This document shows, in pieces, positions 33,783-45,704 of a stretch of 64,000 bases of DNA (positions are counted from its first letter, which is position 1; every line of letters begins with the position of its first letter). The notes under the pieces are model-generated. The model saw only the letters and a list, made by a program, of their open reading frames with translations. It was not told where the DNA came from and did not search any database. This DNA comes from Podarcis bocagei (Eukaryota), in NCBI GenBank assembly GCA_964188305.1, contig OZ076897.1. One strand, 5' to 3'. The position numbers were made by a program, and so were the translations under genes.

Positions 33783-36416
33783 CCTCCCAGGATAATGATG
33801 GGAGTTGGAGTCCAGCAGCATTTGAAGGGCCATAGGCACCCCATCCCTGGTCTACATTAACCAGCTGTGGCTCTCCAGGATCTTTCCCAGCCGTGCCTGG
33901 AGATGCCAGGGTTTGAACCCAGAAACGTTTGCATGCAAAGCAGATGCTCTCCCACTAACCTGTTCCACTTGCGTCACTGGACTCACTTTAGCCTACTGTT
34001 GTGGGGGAGAAAGGCTAATGTGCTGGTCCAGTTGGTCAGCATGTAGTTCCCTCCTCTGGCCAGAGGTGGGGGTGGTGTGCAGGCTGGCTTTCCCAAGGGT
34101 CAGGTCCCACTGCAAGCTTGATCTTTGACACACACACTGGGGCTCCAAGTTCCAAGCCACCACTAGCACATCATGCAAGAGGCTACACCAAACCTTCCTC
34201 TGCAAAAGGCTAGTTTGCAACCTGCAGGAATTTCTTTTTCACATAGGGAGCCATTCAGAGACACGAAGCGGTACAGCCTGATCTAAAGTGGTACAAGCTG
34301 GGATTTCGGCCATTCCATTCTACTGCCTCGTTTTGTGTGATGGGTAGATCAGGTCTGAAAGTTCTGAGCTGAGGAGAATAAGGAGGAAGCAGCCAGGAGA
34401 CATTCACGCTTTTCCAAATCTTGCAATGCAGTTTCACAACCAAGAAAGGTGTACAAAAATGTGTATGCTTGGGTAGTATCCACATGTGGATTCATATATT
34501 ACTGAAAATTGCATACCGAAATGTGTTATGTTACATGAAATTGCTTTGTGAAAATGTTTATAGTAGGCACAGTTGCATTAAAAATGTGTATACTGGGAGA
34601 AATTTGCACCGAAATGCTCGTTTTCTTTCTTTTGCATATATATATGTTTTTATTACTTTTCCCAAACATTTTCACAACAACCTTCAAATCAAATACATAG
34701 TTTCATAAGTTGACTCCCACCCTCACTATCACAGCATTTATACTCAAACTTTTTCTACCGCATAATATTACCTATTACCCAAAGTTTCTCAATTACAATT
34801 ATTTTTGAAATGTTGATTTTCATGAGGTGTTTTAAAAAATAAAATAAAAAAGTGATGTGATGTGGAAATGTGGAGAAAAGAACTGAAGGCTGGAAAAATG
34901 AGAAACTGAGGAAAACCAGAAATCTATAGATCCAACCATCCCTGGCTGACCATCACCTCCATGGGACAAACAGCACCTTTGGGTGCTAGTGGATTAAAAA
35001 CCACTTCTGCTGTGCTACTTCCCTGAAGTTACTTGCTTCCCCCAGCTACTTTACATTTAGAAAGAAACTTCACAAGCCATGGAAGACAGAATCCTAGCTG
35101 TCCCCTGCCTTGTCTTCTTTGGCCCTGAAACCAGAAGAAGCAGGCAGGGCAAATAAATTGTAAATAACTTTTTTAAAAGCAAACAAACACGAATAAATTG
35201 TGAGTGGGACTTTTTATCTGCCTCTGCATTCGGCCCAACAAGCTCACAGCACACAAAGTCCCCTGGTGCTGCCACCACAGGCCCAAGCAGCATTAAAAAG
35301 TTGCCTTCTCTCAATGTGCACCAGCTAGCCATTGAATGAAATGGCTGTCGTCATCTGCGCCGTAGACTTTTCAGATGCTGCGCATGAGACTATTCTCATG
35401 CTCATAGCTTCTTTCCAAGAATTATTCTCAGGAAGAGGTACTATGGAGACACCCAGACCCAGCTATATATTAATATTTTATAGTGACAAAGTGTTATTTT
35501 CTCTGTGTGTGTCTGCATATAGTTTGGAATGCACTTTCCATGTAAACAACTCTCTTAATATTTTATCCCCCCCTTCCTCCCCCCCGACGCATTCTACGGG
35601 CAATTTTTTTTATGATATGCAAATACATGATGGAATAGCCTGGGAAAAGATGCACCACCTCTGTACTGAGGCTTGGAGTGAGAGAGACCCCAATTTCGAA
35701 GGAATATCCGTTGTGGGGGAGGGGATGTTAAAGACCATGCATTTAAAGGAATTACTGAGTGCCCCATTCCACAATGGAATTATCCACCCTTCCTCTGGGT
35801 GCAGCTGAGTCTTTTCCAGCATAGCCCTGGGAGCTGTAAAAATAAATGTTTTGGCTGATCCAAACACTGGATTCGGTGCCTTGGTGTGCTATTTCATGGG
35901 CAGAATTGGCCATAAAGCCCAGCTTGCATGCCTGGCGGTGCTTCTTTCGCTTCTTAATTCTAACTTCTGCATTAGGCTTTTGTTTAAACGGGGATGACAA
36001 ATGATGAAGAGAGTCCATAGTCCTTAACATCCTTAACACCTGTGAGTCCGCAGCTTGCTGGCAACCCCCACGATATTGTATTTCTCCTACAGCCACAGCT
36101 GGCAGAGGTATCTTGTTTTGTGAGAATTTCATTCCTCCTTTTTATGTCTTGAAACACACACACACACACATATAGAGGGATATATTTCTTACCCCCATAA
36201 TATTTTCAGAAAACTCTGGATATATGTTCTGTGTCTAAAAAGTGAATTTTTAATATTGCTGGCAAGTGGGAGAGAAAGATGGTCGTTCACTATTGTTTAT
36301 CTCCAACACCTGGTCATTGCTGGGATGGCGCCTCTGACTGGGGAACTTGGAGGCAGATCATGTTAAGAGCTTTAAAAAGTAAAATAAAAGAAGCCTTCAG
36401 TTGTGCCTGGAAACTA

Positions 36417-36768
36417 AAAAGGTAAAGGAACCCCTGACCATTAGGTCCAGTCGTGACCGACTCTGGGGTTGCGGCGCTCATCTCGCTTTATTCGCCGAGG
36501 GAGCCAGTGTAAAGCCTCCGGGTCATGTGGCAAGCATGACTTAGCTGCTTCTGGTGAACCAGAGCAGCACACGGAAACGCTGTTTACCTTCCCGCTGGAG
36601 CGGTACCTATTTATCTACTTGCACTTTGACGTGCTTTCGAACTGCTAGGTTGGCAGGAGCAGGGACCGAGGAATGGGCGCTCACCCCGTTGCGGGGATTC
36701 GAACCGCCGACCTTCTGATCGGCAAGTCCTAGGCTCTGTGGTTTAACCCACAGTGCCACCCGCGTACC
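36417..36768 (-). mobile_element. Sauria SINE (Squam1)
   Basis: Reverse complement of the SINE with TSD TGCCT(G/A)GAAACTA. Confidence 0.9.
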
Positions 36769-36852
36769 TTGCCTAGAAACTACTTAGTAGCTAATTCAGT
36801 TCATTCAAAACTGGGGCGATATTCTAGGAATGTATCAAACATAAGAACATAG

Positions 36853-37013
36853 CATACCCTCCAACATTTCTCCAATGAAAAGAGGGATGTCGTATTCCAT
36901 AAGAATTTTATTATTTATACCCCACACATCTGACTGTGTTGCCCCAGCCACTCTGGGCTGCTTCCAGCATATATAAAACCATTAAACGTTTTTTTAAAAA
37001 CCTCCCTATACAG
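36853..37013 (-). mobile_element. hAT-like MITE carrying an L2 3' end (partial copy)
   Basis: CATACCCTCCAACATTTCTCCAATGAAAA terminus joined to an L2 tail at the same junction as in 50089-50416. Confidence 0.7.
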
Positions 37014-37838
37014 CATGGGTATGCAAACTAAGGCCTGGGGGCCAGATCCGGCCTAATTGTCTTCTAAATCTGGCCCGTGGATGGTCCGGGAATCAGCGTG
37101 TTTTTACATGAGTATAATGTGTCCTTTTACTTAAAGTGCATCTCTGGGTTGTTTGTGGGGCCTGCCTGGTGTTTCTACATGAGTAGAATGTGTGCTTTGG
37201 ACTTTGGACATGTGCCTGTAAATCTCTCCTTAAGAAGGCAAAGAAGTTCAATTCCAGCGGAGAAGTTTCTATTCCTAACATTTGAGCAATGCTGGCACAA
37301 TGTGATAATTTTCAGATGGTCTGATTACAATAGTGGGTGCCTACATAGCTTGTGGTCTATCAAGGCAAATGCAGCCAACCACACTTGTATTATAGGGCCG
37401 TTTACTTGACAACCTCCCTCCTTTCATGGTGCCAGACATGCAGCAAACCCCTAGTAGGTTGGGCACAAATAGGTGGTCACTGTTAGAGCTGTCCAGGGTC
37501 AGGGTTGTAAGCCACCGTCCAGTTAGAAGGGCCAGAGGTGAGTATATAGTCTAGATACAGCTGGACTCAAGGTCCAGGGCAGTCCACAAACATCAGAGGG
37601 GCCTGAGACAGGTACACAGACAAGGCTAGCTAGAAGATCGGGTCCCAAAGGGAAGGGACTGCTTAAAGGAGAAGGAGGAGAAGGAACTGTCCAGGATAGA
37701 TCAGCAAAAACAGGAAACTTCTGTTTGGATAGACCCTGTTCCTCTGCAAAAATGTGCATGCTGTATTTTTACTACTGCGGCTTCCACAGTGGTAGTGATG
37801 TGTCCTTTTTGTATGTGTGTTTCTGTTTCCCACCCCAG

Positions 37839-37954
37839 CTTGCAAGGCCCTTGCTGATGAGCTGGCCTACGACATCAAGAAAATAGGTCCAAAGAGGACT
37901 GTGAATTCGGGGACATTTCGGCTCAACCCTGATGGCACGAGAGGGAAGAAAAAG
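37839..37954 (+). CDS. CNPY1: CNPY1 coding exon 2
   Basis: Polypyrimidine tract then ccccag|CT TGC AAG..., giving (A)CKALADELAYDIKKIGPKRTVNSGTFRLNPDGTRGKKK with the Canopy hallmark FRLxPDG. Donor AAG|gtaaga. 116 nt, phase 1 to phase 0. Confidence 0.93.
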
Positions 37955-38643
37955 GTAAGAGGGAGAAACATGGAGGTACGTAATAATTGCCAGCATGTGC
38001 AATTACCAACCACTTATCCAAACAGCGGTTGGTCTCTTAATCTTCTAACCTTTTCCTTGGTAAGACCAGCAGCCAGTAAATTGCTTCTCTTTCCTCTGGG
38101 AGCCAAAGTAATCTATGAGCTTGAAATTGAGGTATTTTTTCCAGGACCTTTTATTTTTGGAGGTGGGCTTTTAAATGTTGAGAGGGTAGTATTGTTCCAT
38201 TGCTAGACTGTTTCTTTTTTCTTTTTTAATATAGACAATCAGAACCACACAAGGCACTGAGAGAGAGAGAGTGAGGAGGAGGGATGAGATGGAGTAGAAG
38301 TCTCTACTCAGAGTCAGCTCTCATGGGCAGCTTTCCCCGGTCATGAGAGTCTTAAGATCTTATCCCTGGGCAATTTGTTCAATTTATTCTGCTCACCATG
38401 AATGTCTTCTGTTCATGCACCTCTTGAAGAACGTTGGTTCAGAACTGGAAGCAAGGCCCTGAATTTGTCCCAGTGGGCAAGAGGGTTATGACCAGTTTAT
38501 GAAATGAGTTGCAAATGGCTGGTTCATTTCAGTTTGTGAAAGATGTAAGAATAGCAACAATATCAAAGGAAATCAAAAGAAAATTATGCATGGCACATCA
38601 TAACATTTTTGTTGAGACAAGCCTAACCAGACATGGAGACTGT

Positions 38644-38689
<46 letters not shown>

Positions 38690-39131
38690 TCTTTATTGAA
38701 AGATAAAAAGTAATGTGTATATAATTGTAAGTGCACAGGATAAAATAAAACATGAAAAGGGGGGGCAGAGAAAAAGGAAACGGGGGAAAGAAATGACACC
38801 CATATCCAATACAAAACAAAAACAACAGAACTTATAAATATTACAAGATTGTTATTTAACCTATTACGGTGTTTATAGAAATGAATTCCAAATATCAGTT
38901 TTCACTTATCACTGATTTTAATTATTATTCAAATGTTTAAAATAGTTATATTGTTTCATTCTTTTGGTAAACTGCTTGAGGTTTTGTTTTGCTTTTTTTT
39001 ACAGTCAAGCGGTATATAAATTTTACAGTGCCAGATCTACAAATTTTGCCTTAGGGGGCAAAGGCCTGCCTTGATGTCCCTGACTCCGCTGCTGAGAGCA
39101 GTTGCCAGGGGGACAGGAGATGAAGGCAATA

Positions 39132-39485
39132 CAGTGGTGCCCCGCAAGACGAATGCCTCGCAAGACGGAAAACTCGCTAGACAAAAGAGTTTTCCGTTTT
39201 GGAGGTGTTTCGCAAAACGAATCTCCTATGGGCTTGCTTCGCAAGACGACAATGTCTTGCGAGTTCCTGCTGGTTTTTTCCCCCTCCCCCCCTTTTTCTA
39301 AGCCACTAAGCCGCTTATCAGCTGATCCGATCAGCAGATAAGCCGCTAAAAGCCGCTAAAAGCCGCTAATAGCGCTAATAGCGCTAATCCGCTAATCCTT
39401 CAATGGGCTTGCTTCGCAAGACGAAAAAACCGCTAGACGAAGAGAATCACAGAACGGATTCTTTTCATCTTGCGATGCACCACTG
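39132..39485 (+). mobile_element. Tigger/pogo-like MITE, family B
   Basis: Homologous to 6284-6593, with a TA TSD and an expanded internal (AGCCGCTAA)-like minisatellite. Confidence 0.88.
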
Positions 39486-39515
39486 TAAAGTCTTACTCCT
39501 CCTTGTGTCCCATGC

Positions 39516-40050
39516 TGTCATGGACTGCTTGGACACAAAGGAATGGTGGGAGGAACCAGCTGGGGAACCACCAAGGGAAGAAGGCTGAGAGGCAGGGGAC
39601 TGGTGGTAGGACGACAATGAGTGGTCAGAGAGAAAGGAGGGAGAAGACTGCGAAGAGGGGTTGTCAGAAGCTGAAGGGGTAACAGGGCTTAGTGATCTGG
39701 GAGTGTCTGTGGCAGGCAGAAGGCAAGAATCATAGGCAGAAGTTGAAGCAGGGGAGGAGGGAGGCCAAGAGGTCAGGCTGGTGAAGAGTCATGGGTGTCT
39801 TCCCCTCCTGATGTGACAAGCTCCCCTCCCCACTTGTCTCCCAGAACCAGAAGAGGCATAAAAAAGGTGGAGGAGAGGTTGGCTTCAGGCAGGCACAGTC
39901 TCCGATTGCTTGGGGGAAACCCTGGAGAGGAGGGGACTTAGACGGCTGTGGAGAGGTGGGGACTTTCAGTCTTAGCAACTGATTCATGGGGCAAAACCTA
40001 CCAGGGATGAGCTGCTGTGCTCATTCGGCACAACACTCAGCCAAGTGTCA
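39516..40050 (+). mobile_element. Probable Gypsy-type LTR fragment
   Basis: Starts TGTCATGG and has a purine-rich U3-like tract; the right boundary is uncertain. Confidence 0.4.
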
Positions 40051-40100
40051 TCCGAGTGTGACTCCTCCTTTATGTCCCTGCTGGTTCAATGGGAATACAA

Positions 40101-40436
40101 AGATGGCCTCGGCCCAGTATACCTGAAGGAGCATCTCCACCCCCATCGTTCTGCCCAGACACTGAGGTCCAGCACCAAGGGCCTTCTGGCAGTTCCCTCA
40201 CTGCGAGAAGCAAAGCTACAGGGAACCAGGCAGAGGGCCTTCTCGGTAGTGGCTCCCGCCCTGTGGAACGCCCTCCCACCAGATGTCAAAGAGAACAACA
40301 ACTACCAGGCTTTTAGAAGACATCTGAAGGCAGCCCTGTTTTAATGTTTGATGTATTACAGTATTTTAAAATTTTTTGGGAAGCAGCCCAGAGTGGCTGG
40401 GGAAGCCCAGCCATATGGGCGGGGTATAAATAATAA

Positions 40437-40487
<51 letters not shown>
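40101..40487 (+). mobile_element. L2 LINE 3' end with (TAT)n tail
   Basis: Encodes GLGPVYLKEHL...LRS...LLAVP...TRQRAFSVVAPALWNALP...FRRHLKAALF, followed by a 3' UTR and (TAT)n. Confidence 0.88.
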
Positions 40488-40682
40488 GAACAGCCAGGCC
40501 CTTATAATGATGCAAGCACTCTGTAGGCCTATGGCACATGCTTGGTGACTCCTTGGTGACATTCCTGGCCTGGTTCTGTTTATTAGAAGAGGTGGGTGGG
40601 TTTCAGACAAGGAGTCTCTCCCTGCCCTACCTGGCTATGCTGAGGATTGAGGCTGGGATCTTCTGCTCTACCCCTGAGGTAT

Positions 40683-41028
40683 AAAAGTAAAGGGATCCCT
40701 GACCATTAGGTCCAGTCGTGGCCGACTCTGGGGTTGCGGCGCTCATCTCGCTTTATTGGCCGAGGGAGCCGGCATACAGCTTCCGGGTCACGTGGCTAGC
40801 ATGAATAAGCTGCTTCTGGTGAACCAGAGCAGTGCACGGAAACGCCGTTTACCTTCCTGCCAGAGCGGTACCTATTGATCTACTTGCACTTTGACGTGCT
40901 TTCGAACTGCTAGGTGGGCAGGAGCAGGGACCGAGCAAAGGGAGCTCACCCCGTAGCGGGGATTCAAACCACCGACCTTCTGATTGGCAAGTCCTCTGTG
41001 GTTTAACCCACAGTGCCACTTGCGTCCC
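40683..41028 (-). mobile_element. Sauria SINE inserted into the head of a Squam3-type SINE
   Basis: TSD CCCCTGAG(G/C)TAT (40671-40682 / 41029-41040); the flanks rejoin into a Squam3-like sequence. Confidence 0.88.
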
Positions 41029-41946
41029 CCCCTGAGCTATGGTCCTTCCCTAATCACCATAGGTTGTACCAGGGGACAGAAGCTATTTAAGAAAATATCT
41101 TCTGAACTGGGGAGGCAGGGGATGGTTGACAAAAGCTAAGCATGTAGCAACTGACTCCGTGCCTGCATTGTTGATGTTTCTGTGTGTGTGTGTGTACAAG
41201 CTCACATGTGGCCATCATGGAGTCATGTTGGTTAACCAAAGAAAGATCTGATACTAACTGGCTGGAGGAGGAGGGAGGAAGTAAAACCTGAGAAAAATAA
41301 TTTACAGGTAGTATAAATCAGTGGGGGAGGAATAAGTTGCCTTGCTGTCTGCCCCTCCCTTCCGCATTAGGTCAGGTAACCTATTGCAGGTCTTGTTGTT
41401 TTACTTCCAAGATGGGTATAAATTTGTGTGACATGTCTAGCAGATTATGTGTCCCCCAAAAGAGATTGCAATCCAATATTAAGCATGCAAAAGAGCCACA
41501 TGGGACTGTGTTTTTTCTCTTCTGTCCAGGACCCACCACCTACTTGTCAATCCACCCAGCCCTCTTTAAATAAATGTTTGTTTTGTTTTATTAGATTTTG
41601 TACCTGCCCATCACAGTGAGGTCCCAGGGTATGCTATAAGAATAAAATATATACGGATAAAATAAAGGCCCAGTTTCAACATTGTATGGGGCAGACCTCC
41701 TGATAAGAGACCTACTCCTGTAGGGCACAGTGATTGATTGGGCATATATGGGCATATACTGGTATCCTGCCCCCAAGCTATATAGGGCTTTGCGTATCAG
41801 GGCCAACACTTTGAACTCAGCTTGATAGCTAAATGCTGACATGCTGGAGAGAGTTTGGATTACATCCAACCAAATTCTACTCAGAGCAGGCCTATTGAAA
41901 TTAATGGACGTTGGTCATCACCACTAATGTTGCTGGGTCTCCCCTT

Positions 41947-42628
41947 TGTCGTCATTTAGTTGTTTAGTTGTGCCCGACTCTTCGTGACCCCATGGACCAG
42001 AGCACGCCAGGCACTCCTGTCTTCCACTGCCTCCCCTTCTCCTTGTGCCCTCCATCTTTCCCAACATCAGGGTCTTTTCCAGGGAGTCTTCTCTTCTCAT
42101 GAGGTGGCCAAGGTATTGGAGCCTCAGCTTCACGATCTGTCCTTCCAGTGAGCACTCAGGGCTGATTTCCTTCAGAATGGATAGGTTTGATCTTCTCAAG
42201 AGTCTCCTCCAGACCATAATTCAAAAGCATCAATTCTTCGGCGATCAGCCTTCTTTATGGTCCAGCTCTCACTTCCATACATCACTATTGGGAAAACCAT
42301 AGCTTTAACTGTTCGGACCTTTGTTGGCAAGGTGATGTCTCTACTTTTTAAGATGCTGTCTAGGTTTGTCATTGCTTTTCTCCCAAGAAACAGGCGTCTT
42401 TTAATTTTGTGACTGCTGTCACCATCTGCAGTGATCATGGAGCCCAAACAAGTAAAATCTCTCAGTGCCTCCATTTATTCCCCTTCTATTTGCCAGGAGG
42501 TGATGGGACCAGTGGCCATGATCTTCATTTTTTTGATGTTGAGCTTCAGACCATATTTTGCTATCTCCTCTTTCACCCTCATTAAAAGGTTCTTTAATGC
42601 CTCCTCACTTTCTGCCATCAAGGTTGTG
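41947..42628 (-). mobile_element. 5'-truncated BovB (RTE) LINE with internal deletions
   Basis: Minus-strand frames TTLMAESEEALKNLLMRVKEE..KYGLKLNIKK, LGS.ITADGDSS..IKRRL.LGRKAMTNLDSILKSRDITLPTKV and SLEGQIVKLRLQYLGHLMRR. Confidence 0.93.
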
Positions 42629-45444
42629 AAACCTTTCCCTGGGCATGGTATTCTGTTTCTAGTGTTTGGGTGGGATTGCATCATGCAGGTAGGAGATGAT
42701 GAAACTGAAAGCTGAGAATTAAGCTGCTTCCGCAACAGGGCTAACAACATCTCTTTAAAACAGGAAGCACCTTCCAGCAATACATTTCATGTTGCCCAAT
42801 GCCTACATCTGTGAGATATAAGGGAAAGACAGCAGTTTGACAAATCTAGTTTCTGCCCATCTAGTCACCTCGGCCAAAGTGACATTTATGATTGTCCCCT
42901 CCAGATTCAGCATTCCTGATAGGGAGATGTCTCACACCATCTAACCCACGAATGTCTCCTCTGACTGACGGTGGCTCTCAGGCAAATCTCTCTTTTCCAT
43001 CACCTGCTCTCTGAGCCAGGAACTGAACCTGGGACTTCCTGCATTCAGAGCATGCACCCTTTAGCTGACCTATCCTTGTCCCTCTCTTCCCTCAAGAGAG
43101 AATCAGGATGAGCCTGGCTATGGCAGGACAAAGGCCAGTCTATGCAACCTATCACTCAAGCAGCATCTTTTAAAGCAATCTCATACTGTTTTGCCAATTA
43201 ACTCTGCAGATTCGTTAAAGGATCTTCAGTAGTCGAGGGAAAAGATATTTTCATTTCAACAGAAGAGGACAACCTCCTTAAACAGTAACAAAAACAAAAT
43301 CTCTCAAACAGGAAACCTCCTTAAACCTTCTTACACGGTAATACAAAACCCTCTACCACCAAGAAATAACCCCAAAGGAACAATTTCAAAGGAACAATTC
43401 CCCCCACCAGACCTTGATCCACATACAACACCAGATCTAACCGTGAGAAGCCACAGCCATCATCCTCTTCCTCCTGACCACATTGCCCTGCACTATCTGT
43501 TCCTGCCTAGACCAGGTGGGCCACCTGTGGCAATTGGGGCTCCTCATCAGGGCAAACAAGGCCTAGCAGGGCCACCCTCAAGGGCAGGAGTGCTCCTGCA
43601 AGGACTCACAGAAAGGGCTGGCTGTATAAGGCCAAACCTACTCCTCCTTGATTTTTCCTTGCACATTTTCCACTGCACATACCACTCTTAAGTGTCATGG
43701 CTTCCCCCAGAGAATCCTGGGAACTGCACTTTGTTAAAGGTGCTGGGAGTTGTAGGGTCTCCTAACATCTCTCTCGGTAACTTTTTTCCTTCGTAATGTA
43801 ACTCTTTTGAGGTTCTTTAGAAATAATCGGTGTCGATTATGGTTCTTTCTCCCTCTCTCCTCTTTTTTTTGCTCTGTTTTTCCTTTTTCTTAAAAACTGT
43901 AAACCGCAGCAGGAAATAAAGTGAAGGCATTGCCATCATGCAGCCCACCTGAGGTCAGGCCTCACCTGCTGAAGACCACTGAGCAAAACCCCTGCCTCTC
44001 AGCCTTCAGCACCTGGGCCCATTGCACTCCCGAGTCCTCAGTCTCCGAGCACAGGGGATGTAGCAAAGGCCATCGCTGCTTGACATTCAGGGTCAAGTCG
44101 CAAATGGGTTGGCCAGTGCTTCCCACTAGTGGTGAAAGTGATTCTTCACTTTGAAGTTCAGATAAAATCCACTTGCGATGCTCGAAGGCAGTTCAGTGGT
44201 ACCAGTTTTTAAAATTATGTGGTATGCTACGGAATTGCCAGAAAGTGTTTTGTTTTTTAAAAAAATTGTGGTTGCAGACAAATAGGGATCTAACTCTATT
44301 TTTAAATATTGTTTTTTACAAGATGCGAATGAATATTTTTCACCCCGTCCTTCATCATAAAGCCCCAAGGTAGGTTGTAATAATTAAATATACAATTATA
44401 AAAACAGATTAAATCATTCCGGTGATAAAATCAGTGGATAAGACATCTTTAGCTGCTGATTCATCACAACTAAAAGCACATTTAAAGCAACCCCCCCCCA
44501 AAAAAAACCCAAGCAAACCCACATAATAGACACACATGACAGCATCCGACTGTAATGAGCTACCAAATAAAACCAGTGTAGATTAATTCAACTCAAATTT
44601 GAACAAACAGCATATTTTGTCTTCCTAGTAAGTTACTAGAAGTTGCTTAACTCTCCTAATTTATTAAACCCTTATCCCCACAGGAGGTATTCAAACAAAA
44701 ACAACTGCAATTCAGACACATTTGAATCCAGGTATTTATTAAGAATAATGAACATTTGGATCTGCTGGGAAATATGAAATCCCCCTGTCACTTCAAATTC
44801 TACCACCCACGTTCTATTGCATGAGTTTCCCAAAGGGCTCGCTTCAAACTTCAGCATTTTGGGGAGTGATGAGGCAAACCAACATTTTATCTTGTAGCAT
44901 AAATTACTAATGCCAATATCAATTCTTTGAGTAGCAGTCCTCAAGGAAGGAGGGAGGGAATGGAATATCCTGCAAGTGAGCTGAACAGGAGCACTCAATG
45001 CTCTGCATCAAAACCCCTAAGGGTGGGAAGAACCCAAAACAGCTGGGGGGGGGCTGAGCATGCTCAGTGGGCAAGGGGAATGCTCACTGACTGGTGGGTG
45101 GGGGTGGAATTGAGTGGTTGGAGTGGCCCTTGTCATCCTCCGTCACCACATGAGTACTTCCTACACCAACCTCTCCACCCCCATTTCCAGTTTTCCCTGG
45201 TGTGTCCCAGTCCCAGCCACACCCCTCGCCACGATCCTCTTTCTCCTCCCCGTTGTCCTTCCGGTTCATGACAATTGTCCATTACACTTGCAGTCCATTG
45301 CAGTTCTTATCATGCAAACATCATGCGCCTGTGGTTAGTGTATTGTGTGAACAAGCCAGAGGTGGCCATATGCAAGAGACTCCAGAACATAAGCAGAAAC
45401 TTCATGGTCTGAGACTAGGATCTACCTTTGTGAGTTACCGTATA

Positions 45445-45704
45445 CAGTCATACCTCATATTATGTTTGCTTCGTGTTACGTTTTTTCAGGTTGCGTCCCG
45501 CGGCGACCCGGAAGTACCGGAAAGGGTTACTTCTGGGTTTTGCCTCTTGCACATGCACAGACACGCAAAATGACATCACACGCATGCGCAGAAGCGACGA
45601 TTTGCCACCCGAGCATGCGCAGATGCGCTGCTGCGGGTTGTGTTCCTTTCATGTTGCAAACGGGCCTCCGGAACAGATCCCTCTCGCAACCAGAGGTACC
45701 ACTG
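45445..45704. mobile_element. Tigger/pogo-like MITE (distinct interior)
   Basis: Termini CAGTCATACCTC / GAGGTACCACTG with a TA TSD and a CpG-rich interior. Confidence 0.75.

Noticed and set aside
21455-37838. Intron length of exactly 16,384 bp
   Set aside because: A numerical coincidence; I saw no sign of an assembly or engineering artefact at either boundary.
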